A program made the translations under genes and the position numbers. Of a stretch of DNA of 64,000 nt, positions 39,750-49,483 are shown one piece after another. Every line of letters begins with the position of its first letter. The stretch's first letter is position 1. The DNA lies in NCBI GenBank assembly GCA_038231275.1, contig JBBRLQ010000002.1:128001-192000 (forward strand), read 5' to 3'. The notes beneath the pieces are model-generated. The model ran no database searches. It saw only the letters and a program-made list of their open reading frames with translations, and had not been told where the DNA came from. Source of the DNA: Polyangiales bacterium (GTDB lineage Bacteria > Myxococcota_A > Polyangia > Polyangiales > Polyangiaceae).

Positions 39750-42700
39750 TCACGCCTCGGCGTGGTGGTCGCGCTCTTCCATCGCGCGCGCGTAGGCTGG
39801 GCTCTTCTTGAACGCTTCGAGCGCGTGCTGCGCGCGGGAGCGGAGGAGGGTGCGCGGATCGTCGAGGAGACGCACGAGCGCCGCGATGACGCGCTCGTCC
39901 TTGGGCGGATCGCTGGCGATCACCTGGCGGACGTGGTGGTTTTGGCTGGAGAGGCCCTCGATCAGGCACGCGGTCGCCTCGTCCGCGGCAAAGCTCCCGA
40001 GGGCGCGCGCGAACCAGCGCAAGTGGTACGGCGGATCGTCGTACTCGTACGTCGACGTCACCGGCTCCTCGTAGAACGTGCGCATCGCGGAGACGAGCAC
40101 GGGGACGCTGGACGGATCGGCCACCTTTGCGACGCGGAGGGCCGCGTTGTAGCGGAAGACGCCCCACGGATCGGAGACCGCGTCGTGAAGCGCACCGAGC
40201 CCGCCGATCCGCTCGCGCGCGGCGAGCGCGAAGGAGAAGTATAGGCGCGCGTCCGGCGCTTCCACTCCCTGCCTCGCGAGGGCCTTGGTCGCGGCGGTGC
40301 GCACGCCGTGGTCGTCGGTCGTCAAGAACTGCCGCACGGTGACCACGTCGGGGCTCGGACCGCCAAGCTCGCCGAAGCAACGCCACGCCCAGATGCGCTG
40401 GCGCGACGTGTCCGCCTTGCGGTGGCCCGGCTCGCCCAATGCGACGTGGAAGGCCTCTACGAACGGGGCGCGCTCCCCGCCGAGCTTGGCGAGCGCCGCC
40501 GCGCGGACGACCTCGGCAGCGGCGTCGAGACCCGAGAGGCGAGCGAGCCTTGCCCGCGCGACGTCGTAGGCTTCCGGATCCTTCGCGCAGATCTCTCCGT
40601 AGGCCCAGATCTCCTCGGCGCTGGCCGCCTCGTTCGCGCGATCGAGCCGCTGCGCGAGCGGACCCGCGGCCTCGGCGGCACCGAGCGCGCCGAGCGCGCC
40701 CGCCGCGAGCGGGAGGACCTCGTCGTACTCCTTGTTCGTTTGCGCGAGGACCTGGAGGAGCGCCGGCGCCGCGCTGCGATCGCCCAGCGATCCGAGCGCG
40801 AGGACCAGCTCCTGGACGAGATCGCCGCGCTCGATCCCGGTCTTCCAATCGACGAGCGGGTTGCGGGCGAGGATCGCGAGGAGCTTCGGCACCGCGCCGC
40901 GCGCCCCGTGCGTGCGTAGCGCGTGGACGACCGCCGTGTCGAAGTGGTGGTACCGGTCGGCCCTTCCGTCGAGGAGCGCGAGCATATGCGCGACGGCGCG
41001 CGGGTCCTTGAGCGCGGCGAGCATCTCGACCGCCTTGCGATCTCCACGACGCGCGCGCCCGACGAGGATCGGGACGATGCGCGAGCTCCCGAGCTCGGCG
41101 AGGGCCAGGAGCGCCTCTTCGCGCTCGTGCTCGAGGATGAGGTTGTCGTGCGCGTGCCCGTCGTTGTCGATGTAGTCGACGATCGCGAGCGTCTCCTGCA
41201 TCTCCTCCTCGCCGCGCATCGCGCGGAGCACTTCGTCGTGGGCGTTTGCGTCGTCGAGCTTCTCCCATGCCAGATCCTCGAGGCCGACGCCGGCGTCGAT
41301 CGCACGCACCGCCGCCACCCGCGACGCCTTGGCCCGCGTCTGCGCCGAGCGACCTCCGCCATCCTTCTCGCGCTCGCGCTGCTCGCGACGGTTCGGATCG
41401 AGATCGAGCGCGAGGAAATCGGTCTTCAGCTTCCGGACGTTGCGGATCGTCCCGAGCGTCTTTCGCCCGTCCTGCAGCTCGCCCGCGAGCTTCGCGGCGT
41501 CTCGAATCAAGCGCGACGGGCTCTCTCCGCACGCCGTGACCACATCCGCGAGGCGCGCCTCGTCGTCGAAGAAGAAGCACCGAAACAGGATGTACATCGC
41601 CGTCGGCACCTCGAGCGGCGCGCGCGCCATCCAACCCTTCCAGCTGTGCTCGGTGATCGGCTCGTTCGCGGAGTCGACGAAGACGCGCGGCATGTCGTCG
41701 ACGGTCACGGTGCCGTTGTTCCGGAGAAGGTAGTTGATCCACAGCGATCGGAAGAAGAGGAAGCGCGGCAGGATCGCCTGGCTCTTGTACCGGAACGAGT
41801 CCCCCGCCTCGGGCACCGCGCGCGCCTCGAGCCCCGCGAAATGGGGCGTGGCGGCGACCCGCCGCTTGAGGCGACCGTAGGCCCTCCCGAACGCGCGCGG
41901 CGAGACGATCCCGCGCGCGCGAGCGTCGCAGATCGCCGACAGGTACGCGAACGTGCTCGCGTCCGGCGTGATCGGATCGCAGAGCGAGTGCTCTTCGTGG
42001 CTGTAAAGATAGATCTGCCCGTCGCCGCGCGCGTCGGAGTGGAGATCGTCGAAGAGGCCGAAGTGCCACGTGTCCCCGTTCGACGCCTCTCCGATCGCGA
42101 CGACGCCGGCGAGCGGCTGTACGAGCGAGAGGCCCACGTAGCTCTTCTGATCGGCAAGGACGAGCGCCTCGATCAGGTTCTTCGACTTCGGCGGGAGGCG
42201 CGGCGAGCCGAACGCCGGCGCGAGCTCGAACAGGCGCCCGCCCTTCATCGCGGCGGTCATCCGCACGAGGGCCTCGAGCTCGGGCGGAGCAGGTCGTCCC
42301 CACACCTCCTCGACCTCGTCGAGCGCGGCGACGCGCGGCAGGCGCTTGGGGAGGCCGTGGTACGCGCGCAGGTAACCGTCGAGGCGCTCGCGCAAGAACG
42401 CGGCAGGACGCGCGCCGACGAACAGCCGATCGTCCCGCCACTCCGAGAGTGGCACGCCAAAGGCCGTGGTCTCGCGGCCGCGGCGATCGTAGTAGCGGAC
42501 CTGCTCCTCCTCTTCGGCGTCGTGGTCGAGCACCATGCGCGCGACGGAGCGCGCCTCGACCGGGAAGTGCTCCGCCGAGCGGTGGGGCGAGCGGTAGAAC
42601 GACTCGCGCCCGACGTGTTGGCCGTGCGCGAACGTTCCGACCCGGCTGACCGCGCCGTCCGGGTGGTACCGCGCGAAGTCGCCGTGGAGGCGCCCCTCGT

Positions 42701-42872
42701 CGTCGAACGTCGTCGCGCACGCGCGCGAGCCATCGGCGCGCCACCAGGTCCACGGCCCGACGTTCTTGCCCTTCGCCTTCGCGCCGCGCTCCCACTGCTC
42801 CTCGTCCGTGTTGAACCGCGCATCCTCGGGGACGCCGGGCGGACGAGTCTTCTGGGAGGGCCTCCTCGACAT
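39750..42872 (-). CDS. Large protein: N-terminal MORN-like repeats, SUKH/SMI1-like segment, C-terminal HEAT repeats
   Basis: 'GPWTWWRADG', 'GRLHGDFARYHPDG'; 'LDEVEEVWGRPAPPEL', 'VAIGEASNGDTW', 'IYLYSHE'; many HEAT-like helices. Confidence 0.75.
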   Translation of the reverse strand: MSRRPSQKTRPPGVPEDARFNTDEEQWERGAKAKGKNVGPWTWWRADGSRACATTFDDEGRLHGDFARYHPDGAVSRVGTFAHGQHVGRESFYRSPHRSAEHFPVEARSVARMVLDHDAEEEEQVRYYDRRGRETTAFGVPLSEWRDDRLFVGARPAAFLRERLDGYLRAYHGLPKRLPRVAALDEVEEVWGRPAPPELEALVRMTAAMKGGRLFELAPAFGSPRLPPKSKNLIEALVLADQKSYVGLSLVQPLAGVVAIGEASNGDTWHFGLFDDLHSDARGDGQIYLYSHEEHSLCDPITPDASTFAYLSAICDARARGIVSPRAFGRAYGRLKRRVAATPHFAGLEARAVPEAGDSFRYKSQAILPRFLFFRSLWINYLLRNNGTVTVDDMPRVFVDSANEPITEHSWKGWMARAPLEVPTAMYILFRCFFFDDEARLADVVTACGESPSRLIRDAAKLAGELQDGRKTLGTIRNVRKLKTDFLALDLDPNRREQREREKDGGGRSAQTRAKASRVAAVRAIDAGVGLEDLAWEKLDDANAHDEVLRAMRGEEEMQETLAIVDYIDNDGHAHDNLILEHEREEALLALAELGSSRIVPILVGRARRGDRKAVEMLAALKDPRAVAHMLALLDGRADRYHHFDTAVVHALRTHGARGAVPKLLAILARNPLVDWKTGIERGDLVQELVLALGSLGDRSAAPALLQVLAQTNKEYDEVLPLAAGALGALGAAEAAGPLAQRLDRANEAASAEEIWAYGEICAKDPEAYDVARARLARLSGLDAAAEVVRAAALAKLGGERAPFVEAFHVALGEPGHRKADTSRQRIWAWRCFGELGGPSPDVVTVRQFLTTDDHGVRTAATKALARQGVEAPDARLYFSFALAARERIGGLGALHDAVSDPWGVFRYNAALRVAKVADPSSVPVLVSAMRTFYEEPVTSTYEYDDPPYHLRWFARALGSFAADEATACLIEGLSSQNHHVRQVIASDPPKDERVIAALVRLLDDPRTLLRSRAQHALEAFKKSPAYARAMEERDHHAEA

Positions 42873-43030
42873 GTTCCTACTCCGAAGCGTCCCCGGGAAG
42901 CGCATGCCCCGTCAACGGACGGCCTCATCGTGCCGGCGATCGCCGTGGGTTCGCTGCCTACATGGCCCGTGGGGCGCCGGCGCCCGACGCTGTGCGTCAG
43001 CGCGCACGGAACGGAAAAAACCGCGGTCGA

Positions 43031-43843
43031 TCACTCCGCGCGCCCGGCGTGGCGGTAAGGACCGTCCCGCCCTCGCAGGAGCCACTCGCCGAGCGCGTGA
43101 ACGAGGAGATCGACCGCCGCGTCCGCAGCGTCGGGCGTCGCCGCTTCGTGACCGCGCACATGCACCAGCTGCGCGGCGGTCCGAGGATCCTTTGCGAAGC
43201 GCTCGTCGTAGATGGCGCCCGGAGCTCGCGCGCGCAACATCGCCACGGTCTCCCGGAAATTCTCGTAGCGCGTGAGCTTCATGCGCGGGCCGAGCGAGAG
43301 GTACTGCGTCTCCTGCTCACGCACGATCCACGGCACCCTCCGCTCGCGCGGCAAGAGGTACGCGACATGATCGACGACGTGCTCGCGCTGGCGCTGCAGG
43401 ACCGCCGTGGTCACCGCCGGCCTACCGGGCGAGCTCCGGATCGCCTCGCGCTGGCGCGTCGTCCGGACCACCTCCACCCTGCGCACGACGATCATGATCG
43501 CGCCGATCGCTCCCCACTCGAGGAAATCTCCTTCGCCATCATTTGCCCAGAGCGATGCGTCGTCCGCGACGAAGCGATGGACCTGCACCATGTGCGTCCC
43601 CGGGACGACGTCCGCCAGATCGAACATCACCGCCCCGTGCCCGCGCGCGCGCAGCCGCCTCAGCGCTTCTACCGCCGCGCCGTGATCGGCGGTCTGGAGA
43701 ACGACGCGCGGGAGAACCCCGCTGAGCCACCCGCGGACGTCGTACGGCGCCACGCCGAAGAGCGGCGCGAGCTCGGCCGCCTCGGTCTCGGCGTGGCCCT
43801 TGACCTCACAGAGCGCGATCGCGTGCACCGTCCAAGGGTACAC
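43031..43843 (-). CDS. Hypothetical protein
   Basis: Protein-like ORF co-oriented with its neighbours. Confidence 0.6.
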   Translation of the reverse strand: MYPWTVHAIALCEVKGHAETEAAELAPLFGVAPYDVRGWLSGVLPRVVLQTADHGAAVEALRRLRARGHGAVMFDLADVVPGTHMVQVHRFVADDASLWANDGEGDFLEWGAIGAIMIVVRRVEVVRTTRQREAIRSSPGRPAVTTAVLQRQREHVVDHVAYLLPRERRVPWIVREQETQYLSLGPRMKLTRYENFRETVAMLRARAPGAIYDERFAKDPRTAAQLVHVRGHEAATPDAADAAVDLLVHALGEWLLRGRDGPYRHAGRAE

Positions 43844-43898
43844 AAAACGCGCGCGGCCAGGCGAATCGCCCGGCCGCGTACACCCCTCTAGCTGCCGT

Positions 43899-44537
43899 TC
43901 ACTTGTTCGGCTGGGGCGTCATCCTCAAGTACGGCTTCACGATGCGGAAGCCCTTCGGGAACTTCTGCTTCAGCACCTCGGGGTCTTGCAGCGACGGGAC
44001 GATCACGCACTCCTGGCCGTCCTTCCAATCCGCCGGGGTCGCCACCGAGTGGCTGTCGGTGAGCTGGAGCGAGTCGATCACGCGGAGGAGCTCGTCGAAG
44101 TTGCGGCCGGTGCTGGCGGGGTAGGTCAGCATGAGGCGGATCTTCTTGTTGGGATCGATCACGAACACCGAGCGCACGGTGAGCGTGTCGTTCGCCTCCG
44201 GGTGGATCATGTCGTAGAGCTTCGACACCTTCCGATCGGCGTCGCCGAGGATCGGAAAGTTCATCTTCGCGTCCTGCGTCTCCTCGATGTCCCCGATCCA
44301 CTTCTTGTGGGATGCGACGTCGTCGACGCTGAGGGCAACGATCTTGACGTTGCGCTTCTCGAACTCGCCCTTGAGCTTCGAGGCGCGTCCGAGCTCGGTG
44401 GTGCACACCGGCGTGAAGTCTTTGGGGTGCGAGAAGAGGACCGCCCACTTGTTCCCGATCCACTCGTGGAACTTGATGGGGCCCTCGGTCGACTCCTGGG
44501 TGAAATCGGGGGCAATGCTTCCGAGGTGTAGCGTCAT
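43899..44537 (-). CDS. 1-Cys peroxiredoxin (Prx6 type)
   Basis: 'FSHPKDFTPVCTTELG', 'YPASTGRNFDE', 'TPADWK'; RBS AAGGAG. Confidence 0.95.
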   Translation of the reverse strand: MTLHLGSIAPDFTQESTEGPIKFHEWIGNKWAVLFSHPKDFTPVCTTELGRASKLKGEFEKRNVKIVALSVDDVASHKKWIGDIEETQDAKMNFPILGDADRKVSKLYDMIHPEANDTLTVRSVFVIDPNKKIRLMLTYPASTGRNFDELLRVIDSLQLTDSHSVATPADWKDGQECVIVPSLQDPEVLKQKFPKGFRIVKPYLRMTPQPNK

Positions 44538-44599
44538 GGCGGTCTCCTTCTTTTTCCTGAATTTGGGCGGTCACGCTACCGCTCCTCGGCGTCCGATGT

Positions 44600-45755
44600 C
44601 TACGGGGCGCGGGAGGCGTCGACCTCGACCGTCAAAGCTTCCAGGACCGGCACCTCCCCGGCCCGATCGGTGAGGCCGAGCGCGGCGAGGGCCTCCTCGG
44701 TGATGGCCCTCGCGCGGAGGCGCACGACCGCCTGCGTGAAGCCGGAGATCGGAGCCGCGACGTGAAATGAGCGTGATTCGCCGGGCTCCAGCGCACGCCT
44801 CTCCACGGCGTCGGCGTCGGTGACGAGCGCAACCGCGACGCCCCCGCGTGTTGCGCGCGCGCCGAGCTCGAGGACGCCGGGCGCCGTCACGACGACGCCG
44901 GAAGCTCCGTGGAAGTCGACGTCGATCCAGATGCGCCTCAAGAACGAAGCGCCCGTGGGGATGGCATGGCCGGCCAGGCCGGTGCTTACGGAAACGTCGA
45001 CGCCATCACCGGCCGCGTGCGCGTCGATCGTGAGCGCGGACGCGAGGAGAGCGCGTGAGCGTTCGGCGGCGCGCGTCGCTTCGGCCGGCGGCGCGCCCCA
45101 CGGGGGGTCGAGCCCGACGAAGCCGTGGTCGACGCGGCGGCGCACGACGTCGACCCCGACGGCGATCGGTGCGGGATCGAGCTCGGGCATGTGGCACGAC
45201 GCGCAGCCGGCTCCGGCGCGGGCGGCGGGCGACGCGCGGTGCTCCGTCAACGTCGGCTCGGTGAAGAGGTTCGGCCCGGTGACCTCGTGGCACGTGCCGC
45301 ACAGGATGGGCGAGCCGAGGAGATCGTACGCGCGTGAGCCGTGCGCGGGCGTCGCGCGCGGGTCGGCGAACGGACCGTTGATCGGCGCGCCCACGTCCAC
45401 CACGAGTCGTCCGTCACGCTCGGCGGTGTTGCCGATCGCGGAGTGGCACGCGACGCAGCCGATGCCGTCGTCTCCTCCATGACCCGGCGCATGGCACGAC
45501 ACGCACCGCGCGCGCGCGTCATCCCCCCACGCGGCGGCCACGCGCGGGAGCATCGCCGCGAGCACGGGCGAGCCGGCGCTCGAGGCGTGGCGCGACGTGC
45601 TCCATGCGTCGTGCTGCGCCGCGTGACACGTGCCGCACGCGCCCGCGCGCGTATCGCCGGAAAATTCCCGCCTCTTTCTGGGCACACGCCGAGGCGACGA
45701 GCGCGATCGCGAGGGCGATCGCCAGGACGACGGGCAGCGCCGCGGCGCGGATCAT
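44600..45755 (-). pseudogene. Pentaheme c-type cytochrome lipoprotein, apparently frameshifted after the signal peptide
   Basis: Five CxxCH motifs in frame 44600-45685. The signal peptide/lipobox MIRAAALPVV...VASAC starts at ATG 45755 in a different frame. Confidence 0.65.
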
Positions 45756-46381
45756 TGCCCGAGGTGCAACGCGAGCCCGGTCGTCGGCTGGAAGATCGCG
45801 AGCGCGCGCTCGCTCGATCCGACCGAGCCGGTCCACCCCTGCCCCGTTCGATCGTGCGCGAGGTACCCGATCGCCTGCAAATCGAGGAACCACGAGAGAC
45901 GATCGTGGAGCGATACCTCGAGGCCCGCGCCGCCGTGGACGCCGAACAGAATGTCGTCCGCGCGCGGCGCCCCGGCGTGCTGGGGCTCGACGAAGCTGAA
46001 TACCGTGCACGCGCCGGCGAGGACGCGGAACCGAACGTCGCGCGTCAGATCGAACGGCAAATACAGGTTGAACCCGATCGGATGATCGTGGCGCAGCCCG
46101 CCCGGCCAATCGACGATGAGGGACTCGGCCAAGACCTCGACGCCGAAGGTGCGCGGCACCATCTCCCAGCGCGCGCGCCCGCCGACGCCGCCCGCGGTGT
46201 ACCCGCCGGCCCACCCCACGCCATAGCCCGCGAGCGCGAACGGCCGGTCGAACGCGCTCTTCGGCGCGGTCTGCACGACCGGCGGCGCGTCGGCGGCGTG
46301 TGCGGTGGACGTGGCTCCGAAGCACGCGACGATCGCCGCGAGCCCGATCGAGACTCTCTTTGGGAAGACGAAGCGCATCAT
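45752..46381 (-). CDS. Small outer-membrane beta-barrel-like exported protein
   Basis: Signal peptide; alternating beta-strand pattern ('HGGAGLEVSL', 'GLALHL'). Confidence 0.7.
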   Translation of the reverse strand: MMRFVFPKRVSIGLAAIVACFGATSTAHAADAPPVVQTAPKSAFDRPFALAGYGVGWAGGYTAGGVGGRARWEMVPRTFGVEVLAESLIVDWPGGLRHDHPIGFNLYLPFDLTRDVRFRVLAGACTVFSFVEPQHAGAPRADDILFGVHGGAGLEVSLHDRLSWFLDLQAIGYLAHDRTGQGWTGSVGSSERALAIFQPTTGLALHLGQ

Positions 46382-46430
46382 GCTTCGTACGTGGAGCCTT
46401 CCCTCGCGCGTTATGAAGGCGCGCGCGATT

Positions 46431-47204
46431 TCAGTCCCCGAGGAGCGCGTCGATCCTGCGCTGCTGCGCGGAGCCAGGGTAGCGCGCGGCGAACCGTCGG
46501 GAGCGCTGCGAGGCCTCGGCGCGTCGCCCGAGCTTCACGAGCGCCTCGATCGCGATCACCTCGCGCTCCTGGGCCAACTGCCCGTTCGGGAAGCGCCGCG
46601 CGTGATCCGCGCAGAGCGCGAGCGCGCGATCGGGAGAGGAGCGAACGGCCTGGAGGGCCTCGTCGACGAGCTTCACCTCGGCGTCGGGGGACTCGACAGT
46701 CGGCGCCGGACCCGGAGCCGCAGTCGGCGTCGACGTCGACGTCAGCGTCGGAATCGGATCCGGCAACGGAGTCGGAGTCGGAGTCGGAGTCGGAGTCGGA
46801 GTCGGAGTCGGGGTCGGGGTCGGGGTCGTCGTCGTGGTTGCGGTCGTCGTCGCGGTCGGCGTGTTCGTCTCGCGGACGACCACCACGGTCGTCGTCGTTG
46901 CGACCGCCGCGACGACCACAGCTGTGGTGACCTTCGCGACAAGGCTCGTCGCGAGGCTTTTCGCGACCACGGCCTTCGCCGCGCCGGCGCCGACCTTCGC
47001 GGCCGTGCTCGCACCGCCCGCCGCCGCTCCGCCCGCGGCCCCACCTGCTGCGCCCCCTCCCGCAATGCCGCCGGCGACGACGCCGATCTTCACCGCGAGC
47101 GCCGTGAGCTGCGCGTCCGTCGGCAAATCGCTTCGCCCCGCGTCGAGGAGCGCGCGAAGATCGTCCGAGCCCGAGTCGAATAGACGTGTCGGACCGTCAC
47201 TCAT
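46431..47204 (-). CDS. Putative anti-sigma factor with Pro-Thr linker and C-terminal TPR-like domain
   Basis: ATGA overlap with the sigma gene; TM segment; 'HARRFPNGQLAQEREVIAIEAL'. Confidence 0.8.
   Translation of the reverse strand: MSDGPTRLFDSGSDDLRALLDAGRSDLPTDAQLTALAVKIGVVAGGIAGGGAAGGAAGGAAAGGASTAAKVGAGAAKAVVAKSLATSLVAKVTTAVVVAAVATTTTVVVVRETNTPTATTTATTTTTPTPTPTPTPTPTPTPTPTPLPDPIPTLTSTSTPTAAPGPAPTVESPDAEVKLVDEALQAVRSSPDRALALCADHARRFPNGQLAQEREVIAIEALVKLGRRAEASQRSRRFAARYPGSAQQRRIDALLGD
46767..46826. repeat. Hexanucleotide tandem repeat (cggagt)7(cggggt)3 encoding Thr-Pro
   Basis: Read directly from the sequence. Confidence 0.9.
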
Positions 47205-47791
47205 GACACGCCTCCCCTCTCCGTCTTCTCGGCGCTGGCGCGTGCGATCCCGTCTTCTACGAGCTTCCGCGCCGCATGCAGGCGGGAATACGCCGTCTGA
47301 AGCGGGCAGCCGACCGCCTCGGCCACCTCCGCCATCGTCACCTGCTCGATCTCATAGAGGACGAAGACCGCGCGCTTGTCCTCGTCGAGCTCGTCCAGGA
47401 TCTGGTCGAGCTTCGCCCGGGCCTGGCGGCGCGCGGCGTCGGCGTGCGGATCGTCCTTCGCGACGGCTTCGGGCATCTCGTCGCTCACGATCTCGCGCCG
47501 CACATGGCCGCGCTTTCGGTAGTCGGACGCGACGCGCACGCTGATGCCGTACACCCACGTGCGCACGGTGGACCGCCCCTCGAACTCGGCGAGCTTGCGG
47601 TGGACCACCATGAAGACCTCCTGGCATGCGTCGTCGACGTCCCGCTCCGCCACGCCGAGGCGCCGCAGCGCGCGCCACACGAAGGGCGCCAGCTCACGGA
47701 ACACCTGCGCCACGGTCGGCGGGGCGGCAGGCGTGTGGGGTGCCAGCGTACCTCCCGGCAAGGAGCTCCTCGGTTCTGCCCAGGCCCACAC
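47201..47791 (-). CDS. ECF-type sigma-70 factor
   Basis: 'FVWRALRRLGV...DDACQEVF', 'FEGRSTVRTW', 'PLQTAYSRLHAAR'; start uncertain. Confidence 0.9.
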   Translation of the reverse strand: MWAWAEPRSSLPGGTLAPHTPAAPPTVAQVFRELAPFVWRALRRLGVAERDVDDACQEVFMVVHRKLAEFEGRSTVRTWVYGISVRVASDYRKRGHVRREIVSDEMPEAVAKDDPHADAARRQARAKLDQILDELDEDKRAVFVLYEIEQVTMAEVAEAVGCPLQTAYSRLHAARKLVEDGIARASAEKTERGGVS

Positions 47792-47822
47792 GACCGTGTG
47801 TGGAGCGAGGTGGCCGTGATTA

Positions 47823-48869
47823 TCACGGAAGAGCGAGCCCGACCCCCAGATCGACGACGCCGACGACCGGTGCCATGCGAAAGAGCTCCCCCTCGGTGCC
47901 GTCTGCCCGCGGGTAGTTGAAGCGATCGCGCAGGAGTGGGACGACCCCCTGGACCCCTCCGCGAAGGACGAAGGGCGGAAGGACCTCAATCGTCGCGCGG
48001 AGATCGATCGCGCCGTTCCACACGACGTGGTTCTCGTCTGCGCGAGACGGCACGAAGCCGGTCGGATGGCTTCGCAAGAGCCCGAGGTGACCCAGCGCGC
48101 ACGCATAGAGGTGCGCGCCTTTGGCGTGATGAAAGAGCGGACAGAAGCCGGCGCCCAGGAGGAAGATCGAGAACGCGTTCGCGGCGCCCGTCTCCGCCTG
48201 CGCGGTGCTGTCGAACCAGTAGCCGCCGAAGCCGACGAACGGGATGAGGCCTCGCGGCTCGAGCAGGCCGATCGCGGCGAGACCGACCGCCGGGTTCGGC
48301 AAGAATCCGAGCGCGCCCGTCACCGCGGCGCTGCCCTCGAAGCGGAAGGGCGCGGGCGGCGGCGGCACCGGCAGGGGCACGAGCACCTCCTCGCGCTTCA
48401 CGATGACGGTCGGGGGAAGCTGCGGGAGCGGCTCCTCCTTCTTGGGAGGCGGTGGCGGATCCGGTTTTCGGCCCATCGCCGCGTCGGGATCGATCATCAC
48501 CGCGACGACGAGCGCGAGCGGTGGCGTCAGGGCGTCACACGAGGCCTCGGGCCGCTCCACATCACGGGTGCCGAGGAGCGCCCCCTTCGCGTCGCGCAGC
48601 GTGACGACCGCGCGCCATCCTCCGCCGCGCCGCGGCTCGACGCGCCCCTCGACCGAGACGTCCGCTTGCGCCGCCGATACGAACACCTCGCGGCCGAGGC
48701 GCTCTTCGACCGCGCGCGCGAGCGCTTGCGTCGCGACGCACCCCTCGGCACCGGGAAGTCGCACCCACGAGAGCGACGACGTCCGCGCGCGGGACGGCGC
48801 GTCGTCGGCCGCCGCGAAGGACGCGGAAAGCCAGACTGCAGACGTTACGAGGAAGGCAAGCGGGCGCAC
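47823..48869 (-). CDS. Secreted hypothetical protein associated with the ECF cassette
   Basis: Signal peptide; 'SWVRLPGAEGC...VEERLGR'; Pro-rich linker; beta-barrel-like C-terminus. Confidence 0.75.
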   Translation of the reverse strand: MRPLAFLVTSAVWLSASFAAADDAPSRARTSSLSWVRLPGAEGCVATQALARAVEERLGREVFVSAAQADVSVEGRVEPRRGGGWRAVVTLRDAKGALLGTRDVERPEASCDALTPPLALVVAVMIDPDAAMGRKPDPPPPPKKEEPLPQLPPTVIVKREEVLVPLPVPPPPAPFRFEGSAAVTGALGFLPNPAVGLAAIGLLEPRGLIPFVGFGGYWFDSTAQAETGAANAFSIFLLGAGFCPLFHHAKGAHLYACALGHLGLLRSHPTGFVPSRADENHVVWNGAIDLRATIEVLPPFVLRGGVQGVVPLLRDRFNYPRADGTEGELFRMAPVVGVVDLGVGLALP

Positions 48870-48930
48870 GCCGCGCGATTTGTCGCACGAAGCGGCGCAG
48901 CGTGCCAGCGAGAGAACGCCGCGCGCGAAG

Positions 48931-49386
48931 TTACTTGGACGACGTGCGAAGGTTCGGATCGATGCGCGGACCGACGACGACGCGAACCGCGAACGCCGAC
49001 GCGATCATCGGGCTGATGAGGCCGGCGACGATCGCCCACGGCCCGTATTTGTAGAGATCGACCGGCGAGAGGAGCGCGTACGAGCCGACCACGCCGAACG
49101 GCGCGCCGAACGCCATGATCCACGCCGCCTTGCCGGTGGGCAGGCGCCGCTGGCGGAGCGCGAGGAGCATCACGTCGACGAGGACCTGGATGAGGGTGAA
49201 GACGGTCGCGAGCAGCGCGCCGGCGATCATGCCAACGGCCCACACGCCCCATCGACCCACCCACCGCTGGTCGGGACCGAACGCGGCGTAGAGCGTGGCG
49301 GCGGTCGACATCGACAGCCACGGCCCGAGCATCGCGGGGACGATCCACTTTCCGATTTGCGGTCTCTCGTAGCGTTCGCTGGGCAT
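48931..49386 (-). CDS. Small membrane protein
   Basis: About four hydrophobic segments; RBS GAAGGA. Confidence 0.7.
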   Translation of the reverse strand: MPSERYERPQIGKWIVPAMLGPWLSMSTAATLYAAFGPDQRWVGRWGVWAVGMIAGALLATVFTLIQVLVDVMLLALRQRRLPTGKAAWIMAFGAPFGVVGSYALLSPVDLYKYGPWAIVAGLISPMIASAFAVRVVVGPRIDPNLRTSSK

Positions 49387-49483
49387 GCGTCCTTCTCTCT
49401 TCCCGTTCTACGTACGAGTAGCCCAAACGCTTCATTCCGCACGCCGGGTCGAAATCGCGCTCTCTTTCAGCTAGATAGAGCGT

